64,000 nt of DNA from contig CAZFRF010000001.1 of NCBI GenBank assembly GCA_964521295.1, forward strand, positions 334,146-398,145, read 5' to 3'. Each line of letters starts with the position of its first letter. Position 1 is the first letter of the stretch. The notes under the pieces were generated by a model that was given only the letters and a program-made list of their open reading frames with translations, searched no databases and was not told the DNA's origin. This document shows, in pieces, positions 27,885-39,150 of the stretch. Origin of the DNA: an uncultured Gammaproteobacteria bacterium. Lineage in GTDB: Bacteria > Patescibacteriota > Microgenomatia > Levybacterales > UBA12049. The position numbers and the translations under genes were made by a program.

Positions 27885-29057
27885 CTAATTAAACTTATTT
27901 TTTAAATAAATAAAAATCTTAAAAATTGAATATGGCACAAGAATTGAATAGCTTACAGCAATTAATGAATACCACTTTGTAGGATCTCTAAACATTACAA
28001 ATCCTGGAATATTATCAAATAGCCAAATATATAAATTTCCAAATGGTTCATTTGAGCCTTTTGCTAAAAATATACCTAAAAGACCAAGTGATATAAAAAA
28101 TACTAAATATTTTTTTACTTTTATCTCTTCTTTAGTTATAAATAAAATTGATGTAAATGCAATTATAGGTAAAACTAAATACTCAGGCTTCATAAAGCCT
28201 ACTTTACCAAAAATATTTTCTGGCCAATTTGGATGTAAAAGCCCAAATGAGTTTTCCATAGTAGCAAAACTAAAATATCTTACAGCTTCCTTTGAAGTAT
28301 AAATGTCGCCTAACTGAGATATTGCTTCTTTAGCTGAGAAAAATGCTGGCAACAACCAAAAAGAGTGAATACCAATAAATATTGATAATGGAATCAATAC
28401 TACTAAAAATAGAGCAGATTTAATATTTTTCAAAAGATCATTAATTTGGATAAGTGAACAAAGAATAAGTGCAAAAGAAAGCATGTAGCCAATCCTTATA
28501 TCAAGTAAGGATACAACGGCAAAAACCAACCCAAAAACAACAGAGTTTTTAACAGATAATGTGTTTAATAATTTAATATAAAAATAGTAAACAAATGGAG
28601 CAAGTGAATAAGATAAGGCAATACCCATTTGCCCACCCGAAGCCATCATTAAAGAATAAGTATTTGCAGTATATAATAAACTTGCCAAAGCAAGTAATAA
28701 ATTATTCTTAAACAATGACTTAAACAAAATTAAGCTAGATATAAATGAGAAGACTAGGAATGGGATATACCAAAAAAGCTTAATATACGCTCCCCAACCT
28801 AAAAGCAAAGACAGTTTAATTGAAGTTGACGTATAACCTTCAAGCCATAAATAAGGCAGAACACTTGCACCAAGACCAGTTCTCGCTGAATCCCATATAC
28901 CAAGAGGCATAATATCCATTATTCTTTGCAAAGAATAATACTCAAAATCACCTGCTGAAATAGAAAGAGAAAATAACCAAGTCTTAAATATTATTCCAAT
29001 TATTATTAATATAAATAATATAAGAAGAGAACGAATGTTTAATAAAATCTTTTTCAC
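27885..29057 (-). CDS. polytopic membrane protein (390 aa), likely the N-terminal GT-C module of a split YfhO-like glycosyltransferase
   Basis: About 10 TM helices. Its stop lies 1 nt before the start of the downstream periplasmic-module ORF. Confidence 0.45.
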   Translation of the reverse strand: MKKILLNIRSLLILFILIIIGIIFKTWLFSLSISAGDFEYYSLQRIMDIMPLGIWDSARTGLGASVLPYLWLEGYTSTSIKLSLLLGWGAYIKLFWYIPFLVFSFISSLILFKSLFKNNLLLALASLLYTANTYSLMMASGGQMGIALSYSLAPFVYYFYIKLLNTLSVKNSVVFGLVFAVVSLLDIRIGYMLSFALILCSLIQINDLLKNIKSALFLVVLIPLSIFIGIHSFWLLPAFFSAKEAISQLGDIYTSKEAVRYFSFATMENSFGLLHPNWPENIFGKVGFMKPEYLVLPIIAFTSILFITKEEIKVKKYLVFFISLGLLGIFLAKGSNEPFGNLYIWLFDNIPGFVMFRDPTKWYSLIAVSYSILVPYSIFKIFIYLKNKFN

Positions 29058-29074
29058 ACCTAGTTTAATAATAA

Positions 29075-29836
29075 CTATTTTTTACGTGCAACTACAACTA
29101 AGTCAGATGCTAGACTTGGAAAAAAACTAAAAAACCGATCAAATATAGAGACATACCATGGAAAATAATTAACAGGAGACCCTTTTATCTTAACCAACTC
29201 AAATCCATGCATTTCCAATATTTCTTTTAAAGCTTTAAGCGTAAAACACCTTAAATGGCCTAGTGGCTTTCTAATAGGAGTTAGATTTCTAGTAAAGCTT
29301 AAGCCAAGAGTTTTATCAATGGTACTTACTTCGGTAAAAAAAGGTTGATACCCAAACATTAAAATTATCCTATTAAACCAGGCAGCTAGATTTGGTGTTG
29401 TAATAATTAATAATCCTTTTTTATTTAAAACCCTTTTACTCTCTTGTAAAAATAAATCTGGATTAACTAAGTGCTCTATCATTTGTGTACTAACAACACT
29501 ATCAAAAAAATTATTTTCATAAGGCCATTTTGTTTCAATATCAGCATTTTTTGCAAGTAGACCATTTTTTCTTGCCTTTTCTACAGCAATTGAATTAATA
29601 TCTATTCCATAAACTCTTGCGCCAAACTTATCTTTTATAACCGCACCCATTTCGCCAGTTCCGCAACCTAAATCGAGCACCTTATCATTTTTTTTAAAAG
29701 GGGTTATTTCTTCCATTTGCTTTATTAACTTATTAGCGTCATTTACCCTAAGACCTACATACCAATCGTCTTTATATCTTTGTGAATAAAAATTATCGTT
29801 ATAATCTTTAGATTTGTTATTAACTCTTTTCTTCAT
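29075..29836 (-). CDS. class I SAM-dependent methyltransferase
   Basis: VLDLGCGTGEMG motif I. Confidence 0.7.
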   Translation of the reverse strand: MKKRVNNKSKDYNDNFYSQRYKDDWYVGLRVNDANKLIKQMEEITPFKKNDKVLDLGCGTGEMGAVIKDKFGARVYGIDINSIAVEKARKNGLLAKNADIETKWPYENNFFDSVVSTQMIEHLVNPDLFLQESKRVLNKKGLLIITTPNLAAWFNRIILMFGYQPFFTEVSTIDKTLGLSFTRNLTPIRKPLGHLRCFTLKALKEILEMHGFELVKIKGSPVNYFPWYVSIFDRFFSFFPSLASDLVVVARKK

Positions 29837-30888
29837 AATTTAGTAATATCTAACTGACCAAATTTCTTCTTTCCATTTATAAAATAGTCAATTATTATAC
29901 TTTTTTTGTACAACATGTAGGGCTTATTATTAACATTACGCATTTTAAATGCAGCATGTTTTCTCCTTTTTATTATTGCTGGAATAAAAAATATTAAATT
30001 AATATATGCTCTTATTACAGCAAATGCATTTAATGGTAATTTATTATCAAGTAGATAATACCAAAAAGCAACAAAATCTAAGAAAAATCTAAATGGCAAA
30101 TACCTAATGACTTCTTTTCTTGTATAGTTTTTTAACAAAAGCATTATTGTATTTCTATGATGTAGATATACTTTCCAGGAATTTTGCGTTCCTACCGTAC
30201 CTGATCCGTAATGATAGACTACTGACTTTGGAATATAAACCAGTCTATATCCATAAAAATGCATTCTCCAACAGAAATCTGCCTCATCTTGATAAATGTA
30301 AAATATTTCATCTAAATAACCAACCTTTTTAAACACTTCTTTTTTAGAGATAAAACAATTACCTGATGTCCAAGCTATATCAACAATATCATCATATTGA
30401 CCGTGATCTTTTTCAACTGTATAAAAGATTCTTCCCCGGCAAAATGGATAACCATAAACATCCATATGTCCTCCAGCTGCACCGGCATATTCAAAATAAT
30501 TCTTTTTTTTCATGTTTTTAATTTTTGGCTGACATGCACCCACATCAGGGTTTTTTTCCATATATTTAATAACTGGGTTTAACCAATTCTTCGAAACAAT
30601 TGTGTCATCATTAAGTAAAACAATATAGCCTTTTTTTATTTTTCTAATAGCATAATTACAACATCCCCCAAAACCTAAACGTTTTTTTAAGTGAAAAAAT
30701 TTAATTTTCTTAAGATGTTTATGAGAATTATAAAAATTAATATAATCTTCTTTTTTAGAATTATTGTCGATAAGATATATTTGAATATTTTTATAATTTG
30801 AGGATAAAACAGAGTCTATACATTCTCCAATAAATTTAAATTGGTCAGTTGTTATTAGAATAATACTTACTAAAGGAGTTTTTTTCAT
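29833..30888 (-). CDS. glycosyltransferase family 2 (rhamnosyltransferase-like)
   Basis: VSIILITTDQ, NDDTIV, YQDEADFCWR. Paralog of 38125..39150. Confidence 0.7.
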   Translation of the reverse strand: MKKTPLVSIILITTDQFKFIGECIDSVLSSNYKNIQIYLIDNNSKKEDYINFYNSHKHLKKIKFFHLKKRLGFGGCCNYAIRKIKKGYIVLLNDDTIVSKNWLNPVIKYMEKNPDVGACQPKIKNMKKKNYFEYAGAAGGHMDVYGYPFCRGRIFYTVEKDHGQYDDIVDIAWTSGNCFISKKEVFKKVGYLDEIFYIYQDEADFCWRMHFYGYRLVYIPKSVVYHYGSGTVGTQNSWKVYLHHRNTIMLLLKNYTRKEVIRYLPFRFFLDFVAFWYYLLDNKLPLNAFAVIRAYINLIFFIPAIIKRRKHAAFKMRNVNNKPYMLYKKSIIIDYFINGKKKFGQLDITKL

Positions 30889-30951
30889 AAATTAATTAAC
30901 ACATGATAAATGCTATTTTGCTTACAAACAAATACCTTCCTAAGTTTTAAT

Positions 30952-31515
30952 TTATTTCTTTGATCCATTTCGTGGCTTCTTATTGCGGACAGTTTCAGGA
31001 ACCTCATTGCTTCTTGCATCAATTGGCCCTTGCCTTCTACTTTTAGACCTTGTTCTTCTTCTTAATTCTGTTGTTGAAACACCATTAACCAATGGAAAAT
31101 ATATTAATTTAATTTTATTTTTTTTCAGAAAATTTTCATCAATCATTAATCTTTTCATTTCAGTTGCACCAACTGAATTATCACCATGTAAAATAAAATC
31201 CGGTTTGTTTCTTAAAATTGCTGGTTTTGAATCATATCCACCATCATTTACATCAACCTTATCTACATACCTACATGCTCCCACAACTATCATTCTCTCT
31301 TCTAATGTCATTACAGGCTTTCTGCCTTTATATTGAAGATTAAACTCGTCAGTATTTAACGATACAATAACTTCATCAGCTATTGATTTACCATATTTAA
31401 TTAACTGGACATGGCCATGATGAAATAAGTCAAATGTTCCACCTATGTAAACCCTTGTTTTCTTTTTCTTCTTTACTGGCTTAGTCTGTTTTATTATTTT
31501 TTTATTTTTTTTCAT
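30952..31515 (-). CDS. cytidylyltransferase-family nucleotidyltransferase (TagD/glycerol-3-phosphate cytidylyltransferase-like) with Lys/Arg-rich N- and C-terminal tails
   Basis: GGTFDLFHHGH (HxGH) motif. Core of about 130 aa. Flanked by MKKNKKIIKQTKPVKKKKK and RRRTRSKSRRQG...RNKKPRNGSKK. Confidence 0.65.
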   Translation of the reverse strand: MKKNKKIIKQTKPVKKKKKTRVYIGGTFDLFHHGHVQLIKYGKSIADEVIVSLNTDEFNLQYKGRKPVMTLEERMIVVGACRYVDKVDVNDGGYDSKPAILRNKPDFILHGDNSVGATEMKRLMIDENFLKKNKIKLIYFPLVNGVSTTELRRRTRSKSRRQGPIDARSNEVPETVRNKKPRNGSKK

Positions 31516-32099
31516 TTCTTTACCTCAAATAAATATCCTTTACCTATTGGCAATACAGCTAATGGGTTATTTATTGCTTTTCTTACTCCTACTTTTAGTT
31601 TTAATTTTTTAAAAGTATTTTGCCATTGTTTAAGTGTTCTAAATTTAAAAGTTAAAGGAATTGGTTCTGGTTTCCAAACATTGAAAAACCAATCCATAAA
31701 CTTCATTGGCAAAATTTCCATATCACCTCTTGCAATCGCTTCTATAAAAATAACTCTTTTTTTCGCAACCCTCACGCATTCCTTAAACGCAACTTCTGCA
31801 TCATTACAATGATGAAAAACATATATTGAAACAACTGTATCAAAACTACCGTTTTTAAAGGGGAGCTTACCACCATTATACTTAATAAAAGTGATATCTT
31901 TAATTTTTGGAGCATCAACAACATCTACTCCTGTAATTCTTAAGCCTTTAACCTTTTTCTTTAAACTTTTAGCAAACATTAAATCACCACATCCATAATC
32001 TAAAACTTTCTCACCACTAGTTAGCAGGGAACTAATTTCTCTTTCTTTCCAAAGAGCATTTTTTATTTTTATTTTTTCGAATAAATCTAAAACAATCAT
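31512..32099 (-). CDS. class I SAM-dependent methyltransferase
   Basis: VLDYGCGDLMFA motif I. Acidic motif II VVSIYVFHH. Confidence 0.6.
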   Translation of the reverse strand: MIVLDLFEKIKIKNALWKEREISSLLTSGEKVLDYGCGDLMFAKSLKKKVKGLRITGVDVVDAPKIKDITFIKYNGGKLPFKNGSFDTVVSIYVFHHCNDAEVAFKECVRVAKKRVIFIEAIARGDMEILPMKFMDWFFNVWKPEPIPLTFKFRTLKQWQNTFKKLKLKVGVRKAINNPLAVLPIGKGYLFEVKK

Positions 32100-32102
32100 A
32101 TA

Positions 32103-33827
32103 TTAAAGCTTATTTTGTATATCTTTTGAAACATCTTTTATTATAAATTTTTTTTCATCATATTCCAATCCTATTACAACATTTTTACTTAATTTTTCTT
32201 TTAATAGCACTTCCTGCAAGAGATTAATATCCGTATAATAACCAAACCCATAATCTCCAATTTCTCTATATCCTTGTGAGCCCATATCCCAAAGAAATTC
32301 TTTTACCTGTGTTTTTGCAAACTTACCTACTTTCCAGTCCCATACTATTCCTTGGCCATTATAACTAAAAAATTTATGATATGCACTCTCGTTTTCTTTT
32401 GCATACTGAAGTAATATTATCCAACCAGGACCTGAAGAAAATGGTAAAACTAAATTATTAGAAACACCAAATTCAACATTTCTTACACATACTTCTTTAC
32501 ATTTAATATAAAAAATTGTTTTCTTGGGAATTGTAGGATGCAACTTAACAATATTTGAAATTATTTGTTTACGGACTTGTCCTTGAAGTTGATGGATTTT
32601 TATTTCTTCTTGCATAACAAAATATGATGAAAAAATAATTATAATAATCGTTATGCTGACAAATAACTTCTTACCAAGATTATATAATTTATTCCCTGTC
32701 TTTGTAGTATAAATTTTATATGCAATAAGTGAGAAGATAAATAAAACTGCAAATCCTGATAAGTATAAGTATCTCTCCTCAATTCGCTCCATTCTCCTTC
32801 CGATTGTTGCAAGCATTCCAGCATTTATCAAGATAAAGAAAAGGAAGAATTGAATGTGTTTCCAAAAAACTTTATCCTTTATTCCTTTTGTGAAGATTAT
32901 AAAAAGAAAAGCAATAATAATAAAAAGTAAAAGAATTGCAAGATCAAATAAAACAGTAGTTACCACCTGAAATGGTATTTCAAAAGGGTAAATAACATTA
33001 TAATGCTTAATTACAAAAAGCATTACATCATAATATCCATCAACAATATTTTGAACTATTAACTTGAAAGGAAATGTTAATGCGTTATATAAATATGTAA
33101 GGAAAAATGATTTGCCAGAAATTTGATCTGCATGTGGCGTAATAAATTGTAAATATATTCTATAGATAAAAAACGCAGTAGAAAATCCGTAAAAAACCAA
33201 GAAAAATTTTATATTCTTTTTATTTAGGGCAACTTTATTATAAACATATAAAAATGCAGGCAGTAACGGGATTAAAATTACTCCTTCTTCTCTAAAGAAA
33301 ACAGCAGAGAAAAAAAGTAATAACAATATTACAGCCTCTTTAATGCCATAAACTGATTTTTTTGCAATATTCAATAAATAAATAAAAAATAAGATTACAA
33401 AAATAAAAAATGGAACAGTATTTGAAAAAACGCCTAAATGAAGGAATGCTGTTCTAGCACGAGAATTAGTAGCAAATAGAACTGCTGTTAAGACTCCAAC
33501 AAACATACTACTACTTAATTTTTTGGCTAAAATAAAAACAAGAAATGAAGCAATAATATGAATTATTATTGCTGTTAAAATATAATACACTGCATTATAT
33601 TCAAATACTCTATACATCATTAGCCAAGTTAATGAATTTAGCGGAAAAAAATGTAAACTTGTTGCTAAATTAAACCAAGCCCAAATTGGTTTATTTGCAA
33701 GAGTTATTATTACACCAAAACCATTCCATTCATCTTGCTGAAAATAAGTATTTAAGAAACCATTTGTAAAAATAACAATTAAAATTGCTAAGAATGCAAA
33801 AACAAATAAATTTAAGTATTTTTTCAT
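32103..33827 (-). CDS. polytopic GT-C-fold glycosyltransferase-like membrane protein (574 aa)
   Basis: About 13 TM helices. First loop [10 protein letters not shown] (DE motif). C-terminal periplasmic domain. Confidence 0.45.
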   Translation of the reverse strand: MKKYLNLFVFAFLAILIVIFTNGFLNTYFQQDEWNGFGVIITLANKPIWAWFNLATSLHFFPLNSLTWLMMYRVFEYNAVYYILTAIIIHIIASFLVFILAKKLSSSMFVGVLTAVLFATNSRARTAFLHLGVFSNTVPFFIFVILFFIYLLNIAKKSVYGIKEAVILLLLFFSAVFFREEGVILIPLLPAFLYVYNKVALNKKNIKFFLVFYGFSTAFFIYRIYLQFITPHADQISGKSFFLTYLYNALTFPFKLIVQNIVDGYYDVMLFVIKHYNVIYPFEIPFQVVTTVLFDLAILLLFIIIAFLFIIFTKGIKDKVFWKHIQFFLFFILINAGMLATIGRRMERIEERYLYLSGFAVLFIFSLIAYKIYTTKTGNKLYNLGKKLFVSITIIIIIFSSYFVMQEEIKIHQLQGQVRKQIISNIVKLHPTIPKKTIFYIKCKEVCVRNVEFGVSNNLVLPFSSGPGWIILLQYAKENESAYHKFFSYNGQGIVWDWKVGKFAKTQVKEFLWDMGSQGYREIGDYGFGYYTDINLLQEVLLKEKLSKNVVIGLEYDEKKFIIKDVSKDIQNKL

Positions 33828-34423
33828 TTCTTAATTATCCTTGCTGGATTTCCAATAACCACAGTATTTTCTGGAACTGATTTGGTGACTACAGATCCAG
33901 CACCCACTACCGCATTATTACCAATAGTGACTCCCGGAAGTATTATAGAATTAGCTCCAATCCAAACATTCGAACCAATCATAACTTTTTTATCATCATA
34001 TCCTGTTGGAGATTTTAATAAATGTTTATATTTTTGATGTGGAAATTTATGATTAAAATCTGTAATAAAAACATTTGGTGAAATCATAGAATTATCACCA
34101 ATATTTAGATTATTATGTGCATATATAAATGAATAGTCATGAATTAATACATTATTGCCTATTAATATTTTACCCCTAAAACCCGCTTCTAGTCTTACAC
34201 CAAAACCAATCCTACTATTCTTACCAATCTTAATAGCATTTTTTGTGCTTTGAAAAAAATATGAATGCTTACCAAGTAATACGGAATAATTAACTTTATA
34301 ACCTCTTAAATTTAAAATTAAAATCTTAATAATTGAATCAAGTTTTTTATAAATTAAGTTTATAGAAAGGTATATAAACTCAATGAGTCCACTTTTTTTT
34401 ATTTTAATTAAAACTTCATTCAT
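33824..34423 (-). CDS. hexapeptide-repeat acetyltransferase
   Basis: [16 protein letters not shown]...[15 protein letters not shown]...[31 protein letters not shown]. Confidence 0.7.
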   Translation of the reverse strand: MNEVLIKIKKSGLIEFIYLSINLIYKKLDSIIKILILNLRGYKVNYSVLLGKHSYFFQSTKNAIKIGKNSRIGFGVRLEAGFRGKILIGNNVLIHDYSFIYAHNNLNIGDNSMISPNVFITDFNHKFPHQKYKHLLKSPTGYDDKKVMIGSNVWIGANSIILPGVTIGNNAVVGAGSVVTKSVPENTVVIGNPARIIKK

Positions 34424-34424
34424 A

Positions 34425-34748
34425 TTATTTATTATTTCTTACCTCCTGAATAAAAAGGGAAAGAGTAGCTGATAAAAAAATTAAATATAAGCTATTTCCC
34501 AAAATCTCTGCCATCAAATCTTTTTTAAAAAGTGTTAATCCACAAATTAATATTAATAAACTAACTCCAGACATAAATAAATACCTCCATTTAAAACTAA
34601 ATAAAATAATTATAAAAAGCCAAACAATAATAATATCAATCTGCTGAGAAAATAAATTAATATAAGGAATTTTAGAAGGCAATAATATTCCACAAATTAA
34701 AATTAATAGTGCAATAAAAACTTTATATTTATTAAATATTTTTTTCAT
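34425..34748 (-). CDS. small 3-TM membrane protein (107 aa)
   Basis: Hydrophobic ORF packed tightly in the operon. Confidence 0.35.
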   Translation of the reverse strand: MKKIFNKYKVFIALLILICGILLPSKIPYINLFSQQIDIIIVWLFIIILFSFKWRYLFMSGVSLLILICGLTLFKKDLMAEILGNSLYLIFLSATLSLFIQEVRNNK

Positions 34749-37700
34749 TTATTTTTGTTTTTTAAATCTATCGATTACCAAATAACTAACTATCGTAAGT
34801 AATGAAAAAAATGTAATTATTAAACCCTTTTCAAACTTACTTTGAGTACTAAATACTAAGTCTATATTATAATCCCCATTATTATTAATATACCAACCAT
34901 TAGCATAACCATTTATCGTAAAATGGTCTTTCTCTACACTACCTTTAATTTTTGCCTCCCATAATGGCGAGTATCTCTCTGCAAATGATAAAACAAATGG
35001 TGACTTAGCATTTTTTACAAAAACTTTGTAATACGTGCTATCAATTTTTTTAAAAGTTACTTGAGGAACTGGATTAGTAAATGATTTTTTATTAAAAACT
35101 CCATAAATTAACGGTGTAAAGTTTTGAGTTATATTAATATTATTAAATATCTCTTCGGGAGACTGGTTTTTACCTGAACAAAAGTACACTTTAATATCTG
35201 TGTCATTTGGTGACCCCCATAAGGTATAAGTATATTTATTAGTTTTGGCTGTATATGTTTCTAAATTTATGTCTGGATTAAATCCATTATTATCTTTAGT
35301 TTTCTCTATATAATCTTCTGTTTTAAAAACATTATATTTTCTTATTACATAAATCATCCCTTTATCTTCATCTTTTGTATTTACGCTAATTAGATACTTA
35401 TTAAGACCAACATAATTCTCTATAGTTGATGCTAAGCAATTTTTTACTTCATTCTTATAATTAATTGTTAGTTTTTCTGGGTTTACAAATAAATTCGGAA
35501 CTTTAAACGTTAAAGTAAGAGTTTTTTTATTTTTTGGCAAATTTATAGACTCTTGTCCTAAGTAATATGGGTAATAAACGCCATCAATTTCATATGAAGT
35601 TGGATAAACAGGATTATTAAATATATCTCTCGGAAGACTTATTTGATTGATATATATAAGATCATTTGCCTTAGAAATATCGTAAACAAAATTTGATCTC
35701 CAATCTTTTTCATTTAACCTTATATCCAACTTTTCATTCAAACTATTCATCTCCTTAAGTGTTTTAACTAATGAACTTCCTAAAACATCTTCCTTTTTGT
35801 AATCCCTAACTCTCATTACATTTACAATCGTATTTCTTTCTAAAACTAGATACTGTGAGATTCTTTTTAATAAAGGGTAATTAAGACTATCAACAAATTC
35901 TTTATTATATAGATCGGCAATTTCCTGCCAATATGAATATAACAAATCAGTTGAGGATAACCATTTCTCTTGAGAGTCAGGAACTAAATAATTTAGATTA
36001 TCTATTTCTGCAACTCTTTTTCTTGATAAACCAAGTAGTGCATCAATTTTTTGATCTGGAGCCCCAACGTCCAAAAGCTTAACTTCAGCTTGTAATTTAA
36101 ACCGGTAAAATAATGAGCTTGGATTAATACTTGCTGGGGCAATTGCAAGCGTTGGATCCTCAGCGAGCAATACACAAGAGATGCACGGAAAATCAATAAG
36201 ATCTGATTTAATTGGTAAATTTTTATTTTCACTTAAGCTTTTATTGTCAACAAATGGAAAGCTATTTGTATAAAGTAAATTATCAATCGGCATATCTTCA
36301 TTTACGCGATTAATGAGGAAATTATAAACTCCAATTTTTTGCGGATTCGCTAAAATAATTTCATAAAGTTGCCACTCTCCTTCTTCCCAAATTAATTTAA
36401 AATTATTTTTATCTTCTAAGATCTGTGAATACTTAGATGGATTTTCGCTAACAGACATTGCGTAGTCTTTAGCAACATCTTTTGTCAAAAGAATATATTT
36501 AATATTAGTATTATTTACGCTATTAACAAAAGTGTTAAGATCTTTTTTTCTTAAACTGTCATAAATTACATTAATAAAACGATTTTCATTTTCGTTATAA
36601 ACAAAGGCATCATTTAAAACAAATCCTCTATCAGTAAGCAAAGGGAATAATGGATAAGAATTCCAATAACCCCAGGTATATGTTTTTATGTTAAATGCTC
36701 CTGCTGGCGGCACAACAAGTGTTCTAAACTGATCAGGCTTAGATTCTTGCATCTTTGCAAAATTGGTTACATAATCTGGAATTTTTACCATCGTTGAAAA
36801 TGGTTTATTGAAATCAAAATTTACTCCTGTAAAATACGGATAATGATATAAAAGCAATACTGTAATTGCAAATATACCAATCAGCCTAGCTTTTAAATTA
36901 GGAAACTTATTACTTATATAATGCAAACCATAACCCACTAAAACAGCAAACGAAAAATAGACTATGGGCATAAATTTATAATATCCAGATCTAAATGCAG
37001 CAAAACCAGGTAAGTGCTCCATCAAAAACAGGTATAAATATCCTGATGGCAAGTGAGCTCCTGCTGAAAAGAAAATGCCAAGTAAACCGAGAAATAAAAA
37101 CAAAATAATTATTTTCCTTTCCTTTCTATCAACAAGAATCGGAGATGCAAATGCAAAAACTGGAAAAATAAAACTAATAATTATTAAAATAGGATTTGTT
37201 AAAAAAGCATTAGCCCATAAATGCGGATTACTATACCAACTATTATCTCCGTGTAATCTAAATATATTTGTAAAACTAGTATGTGTACTTATAAATCTTG
37301 CCCAATCAATTGCGCCTGTTATTCCACCTGCAATAGCAACCTGATTACTGTATTGAAGCAAAAATGATGATATAAATGGATAGAGAAAATATGCATTACA
37401 TAAAATAAGTAATATTAGAGAAAATATGCTAAGTATTAAAAATCTTTTAATGTACGAAAATCCTTCTTTTTTAAAATTAATAAAAAAATAATATACGGTA
37501 ATTACTATACTCGTAACAATTACTGGACCAATTAATGGAATTCCTCTAACGCCACCCGAACTAAAAAGAAAATAAACAATATTTAAGTAAATTGCAGTTT
37601 TAAGTGGGGTTGATAAGCCTTGCGCAAACCTAAGAAGAAATAAGCTAAATAAAGGAAAAATCACATATGATGCAAGTATTGGCTGTTCGCCCTGTAGCCA

Positions 37701-38123
37701 AAATGAATAAAGATGTAAGCTAAATGAATAAATTATCGTTCCTGCAATTCTTACAATCCAATACTCTTTTTTAGACGACAAATAAGATAAAAATACATAT
37801 ATTGAAAATGTTATGAGTAAAAACCAAAAGACAAAAAGTACTTTTTGAACATCATATTGAGAAAAACCCAACATACTAATTACCGCTGTTAATCCGCTAT
37901 AAGGCATTACGCCAACCTCTGCTGACATATCTATGCCAAAGTTTTGCGATCCAAGCCATGTAAAAACTCTTTGTTCAAAATACTTTTCATAATCAACAGG
38001 ATAACCTGAGTCAACTCCTATAACTACATGACCAGGCTTAAACCATAAAAGAGGTGTTAAGCTTAATATGATCAAAAAAATGACCTCTAATATGTAAATT
38101 TTATATTTTTGAATAAATTTCAT
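34749..38123 (-). CDS. giant membrane glycosyltransferase-like protein (about 1124 aa): N-terminal polytopic GT-C-like domain plus a large extracytoplasmic C-terminal region and a terminal TM helix
   Basis: About 14 TM helices in the first 480 aa, then about 600 aa hydrophilic, then LIITFFSLLTIVSYLVI. Start reassigned to MKFIQ at 38123 to remove a 70-nt overlap. Confidence 0.5.
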   Translation of the reverse strand: MKFIQKYKIYILEVIFLIILSLTPLLWFKPGHVVIGVDSGYPVDYEKYFEQRVFTWLGSQNFGIDMSAEVGVMPYSGLTAVISMLGFSQYDVQKVLFVFWFLLITFSIYVFLSYLSSKKEYWIVRIAGTIIYSFSLHLYSFWLQGEQPILASYVIFPLFSLFLLRFAQGLSTPLKTAIYLNIVYFLFSSGGVRGIPLIGPVIVTSIVITVYYFFINFKKEGFSYIKRFLILSIFSLILLILCNAYFLYPFISSFLLQYSNQVAIAGGITGAIDWARFISTHTSFTNIFRLHGDNSWYSNPHLWANAFLTNPILIIISFIFPVFAFASPILVDRKERKIIILFLFLGLLGIFFSAGAHLPSGYLYLFLMEHLPGFAAFRSGYYKFMPIVYFSFAVLVGYGLHYISNKFPNLKARLIGIFAITVLLLYHYPYFTGVNFDFNKPFSTMVKIPDYVTNFAKMQESKPDQFRTLVVPPAGAFNIKTYTWGYWNSYPLFPLLTDRGFVLNDAFVYNENENRFINVIYDSLRKKDLNTFVNSVNNTNIKYILLTKDVAKDYAMSVSENPSKYSQILEDKNNFKLIWEEGEWQLYEIILANPQKIGVYNFLINRVNEDMPIDNLLYTNSFPFVDNKSLSENKNLPIKSDLIDFPCISCVLLAEDPTLAIAPASINPSSLFYRFKLQAEVKLLDVGAPDQKIDALLGLSRKRVAEIDNLNYLVPDSQEKWLSSTDLLYSYWQEIADLYNKEFVDSLNYPLLKRISQYLVLERNTIVNVMRVRDYKKEDVLGSSLVKTLKEMNSLNEKLDIRLNEKDWRSNFVYDISKANDLIYINQISLPRDIFNNPVYPTSYEIDGVYYPYYLGQESINLPKNKKTLTLTFKVPNLFVNPEKLTINYKNEVKNCLASTIENYVGLNKYLISVNTKDEDKGMIYVIRKYNVFKTEDYIEKTKDNNGFNPDINLETYTAKTNKYTYTLWGSPNDTDIKVYFCSGKNQSPEEIFNNINITQNFTPLIYGVFNKKSFTNPVPQVTFKKIDSTYYKVFVKNAKSPFVLSFAERYSPLWEAKIKGSVEKDHFTINGYANGWYINNNGDYNIDLVFSTQSKFEKGLIITFFSLLTIVSYLVIDRFKKQK

Positions 38124-38124
38124 T

Positions 38125-39150
38125 TTAGTCTTTATATTTAGATGGGCTGTTAAAAAAATAATAGTAATACGAAAGCTTTGGATTTTTATGAACAAATTTA
38201 TTTATTTCACTATCAGATACTTTTCTGATGTTTGCTTGAATATATTTTCGTTTATTATAAATACTTGGCAAAGAAAACAATACAGATAATATACCAAGTT
38301 GAGCACCAAGTGCTAATTTAAATTTTCTATGCAAAAGAGTCATTAATACATAACCTTCGCAGAAGATAAATAGTAAAGGCAAAGTTTTAATAAGCTCTAA
38401 AGCGCTTAAATTCTTTAGAAAAGATACGAACCTATTTCTGTAGGATCTAAAAACTGTTACCTCATCTTTTGTCATTACCTGCATATCTCCCCCTCCCCAA
38501 TGATAAACATATACGCTTGGGTCATACATTACCTTTTTACCTGACAACCAGATACGATGACAAAGATCAGATTCCTCAACATAGCAAACAAAATCCTCAT
38601 CTAATCCTTTTAATCTTACATAATCATCTTTCTTCATAAGAAAACATGCGCCTTTTATTGAATACCCATACATTTTTTCCTGATATTTTCTTTTTGACCA
38701 AGGTTTCATATATCCATAATGATACATAAATCCTGTTGTAGTTAAATAAGAAACAACAGAATCAAGTAAGTTCTTATTAATTAAGCTTCTTATTTGCGGC
38801 TGAACTGCGCCAATTGAAGGATCATTTTCTAAATCACCAACTAAAGCATCTAAAAAATTAGGAGTAACTATAGTATCATTATTTAAGAAAAGTAAGTATT
38901 TCCCCTTAGCAAACTTTATACCGTAATTATTAGCGCCAGCATAGCCCCTATTCTTTTTTATCTCTACTACTTTTACTTGAGGAAAATATTTTTTTATATA
39001 TTCCTTACTGTCATCAGTTGAACCATTATTAACTACAATAATTTCTTTTGCAGGATATTTTACTTTCATAACAGATGGCAGGCAATTTTTAAGCCATTTT
39101 TTTCCGTTCCAGTTAAGAATTATGAATGAAACCAGAGGGTACTTTTTCAT
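38125..39150 (-). CDS. glycosyltransferase family 2
   Basis: VSFIILNWNG, NNDTIV, VEESDLCHRIW. Paralog of 29833..30888. Confidence 0.7.
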   Translation of the reverse strand: MKKYPLVSFIILNWNGKKWLKNCLPSVMKVKYPAKEIIVVNNGSTDDSKEYIKKYFPQVKVVEIKKNRGYAGANNYGIKFAKGKYLLFLNNDTIVTPNFLDALVGDLENDPSIGAVQPQIRSLINKNLLDSVVSYLTTTGFMYHYGYMKPWSKRKYQEKMYGYSIKGACFLMKKDDYVRLKGLDEDFVCYVEESDLCHRIWLSGKKVMYDPSVYVYHWGGGDMQVMTKDEVTVFRSYRNRFVSFLKNLSALELIKTLPLLFIFCEGYVLMTLLHRKFKLALGAQLGILSVLFSLPSIYNKRKYIQANIRKVSDSEINKFVHKNPKLSYYYYFFNSPSKYKD

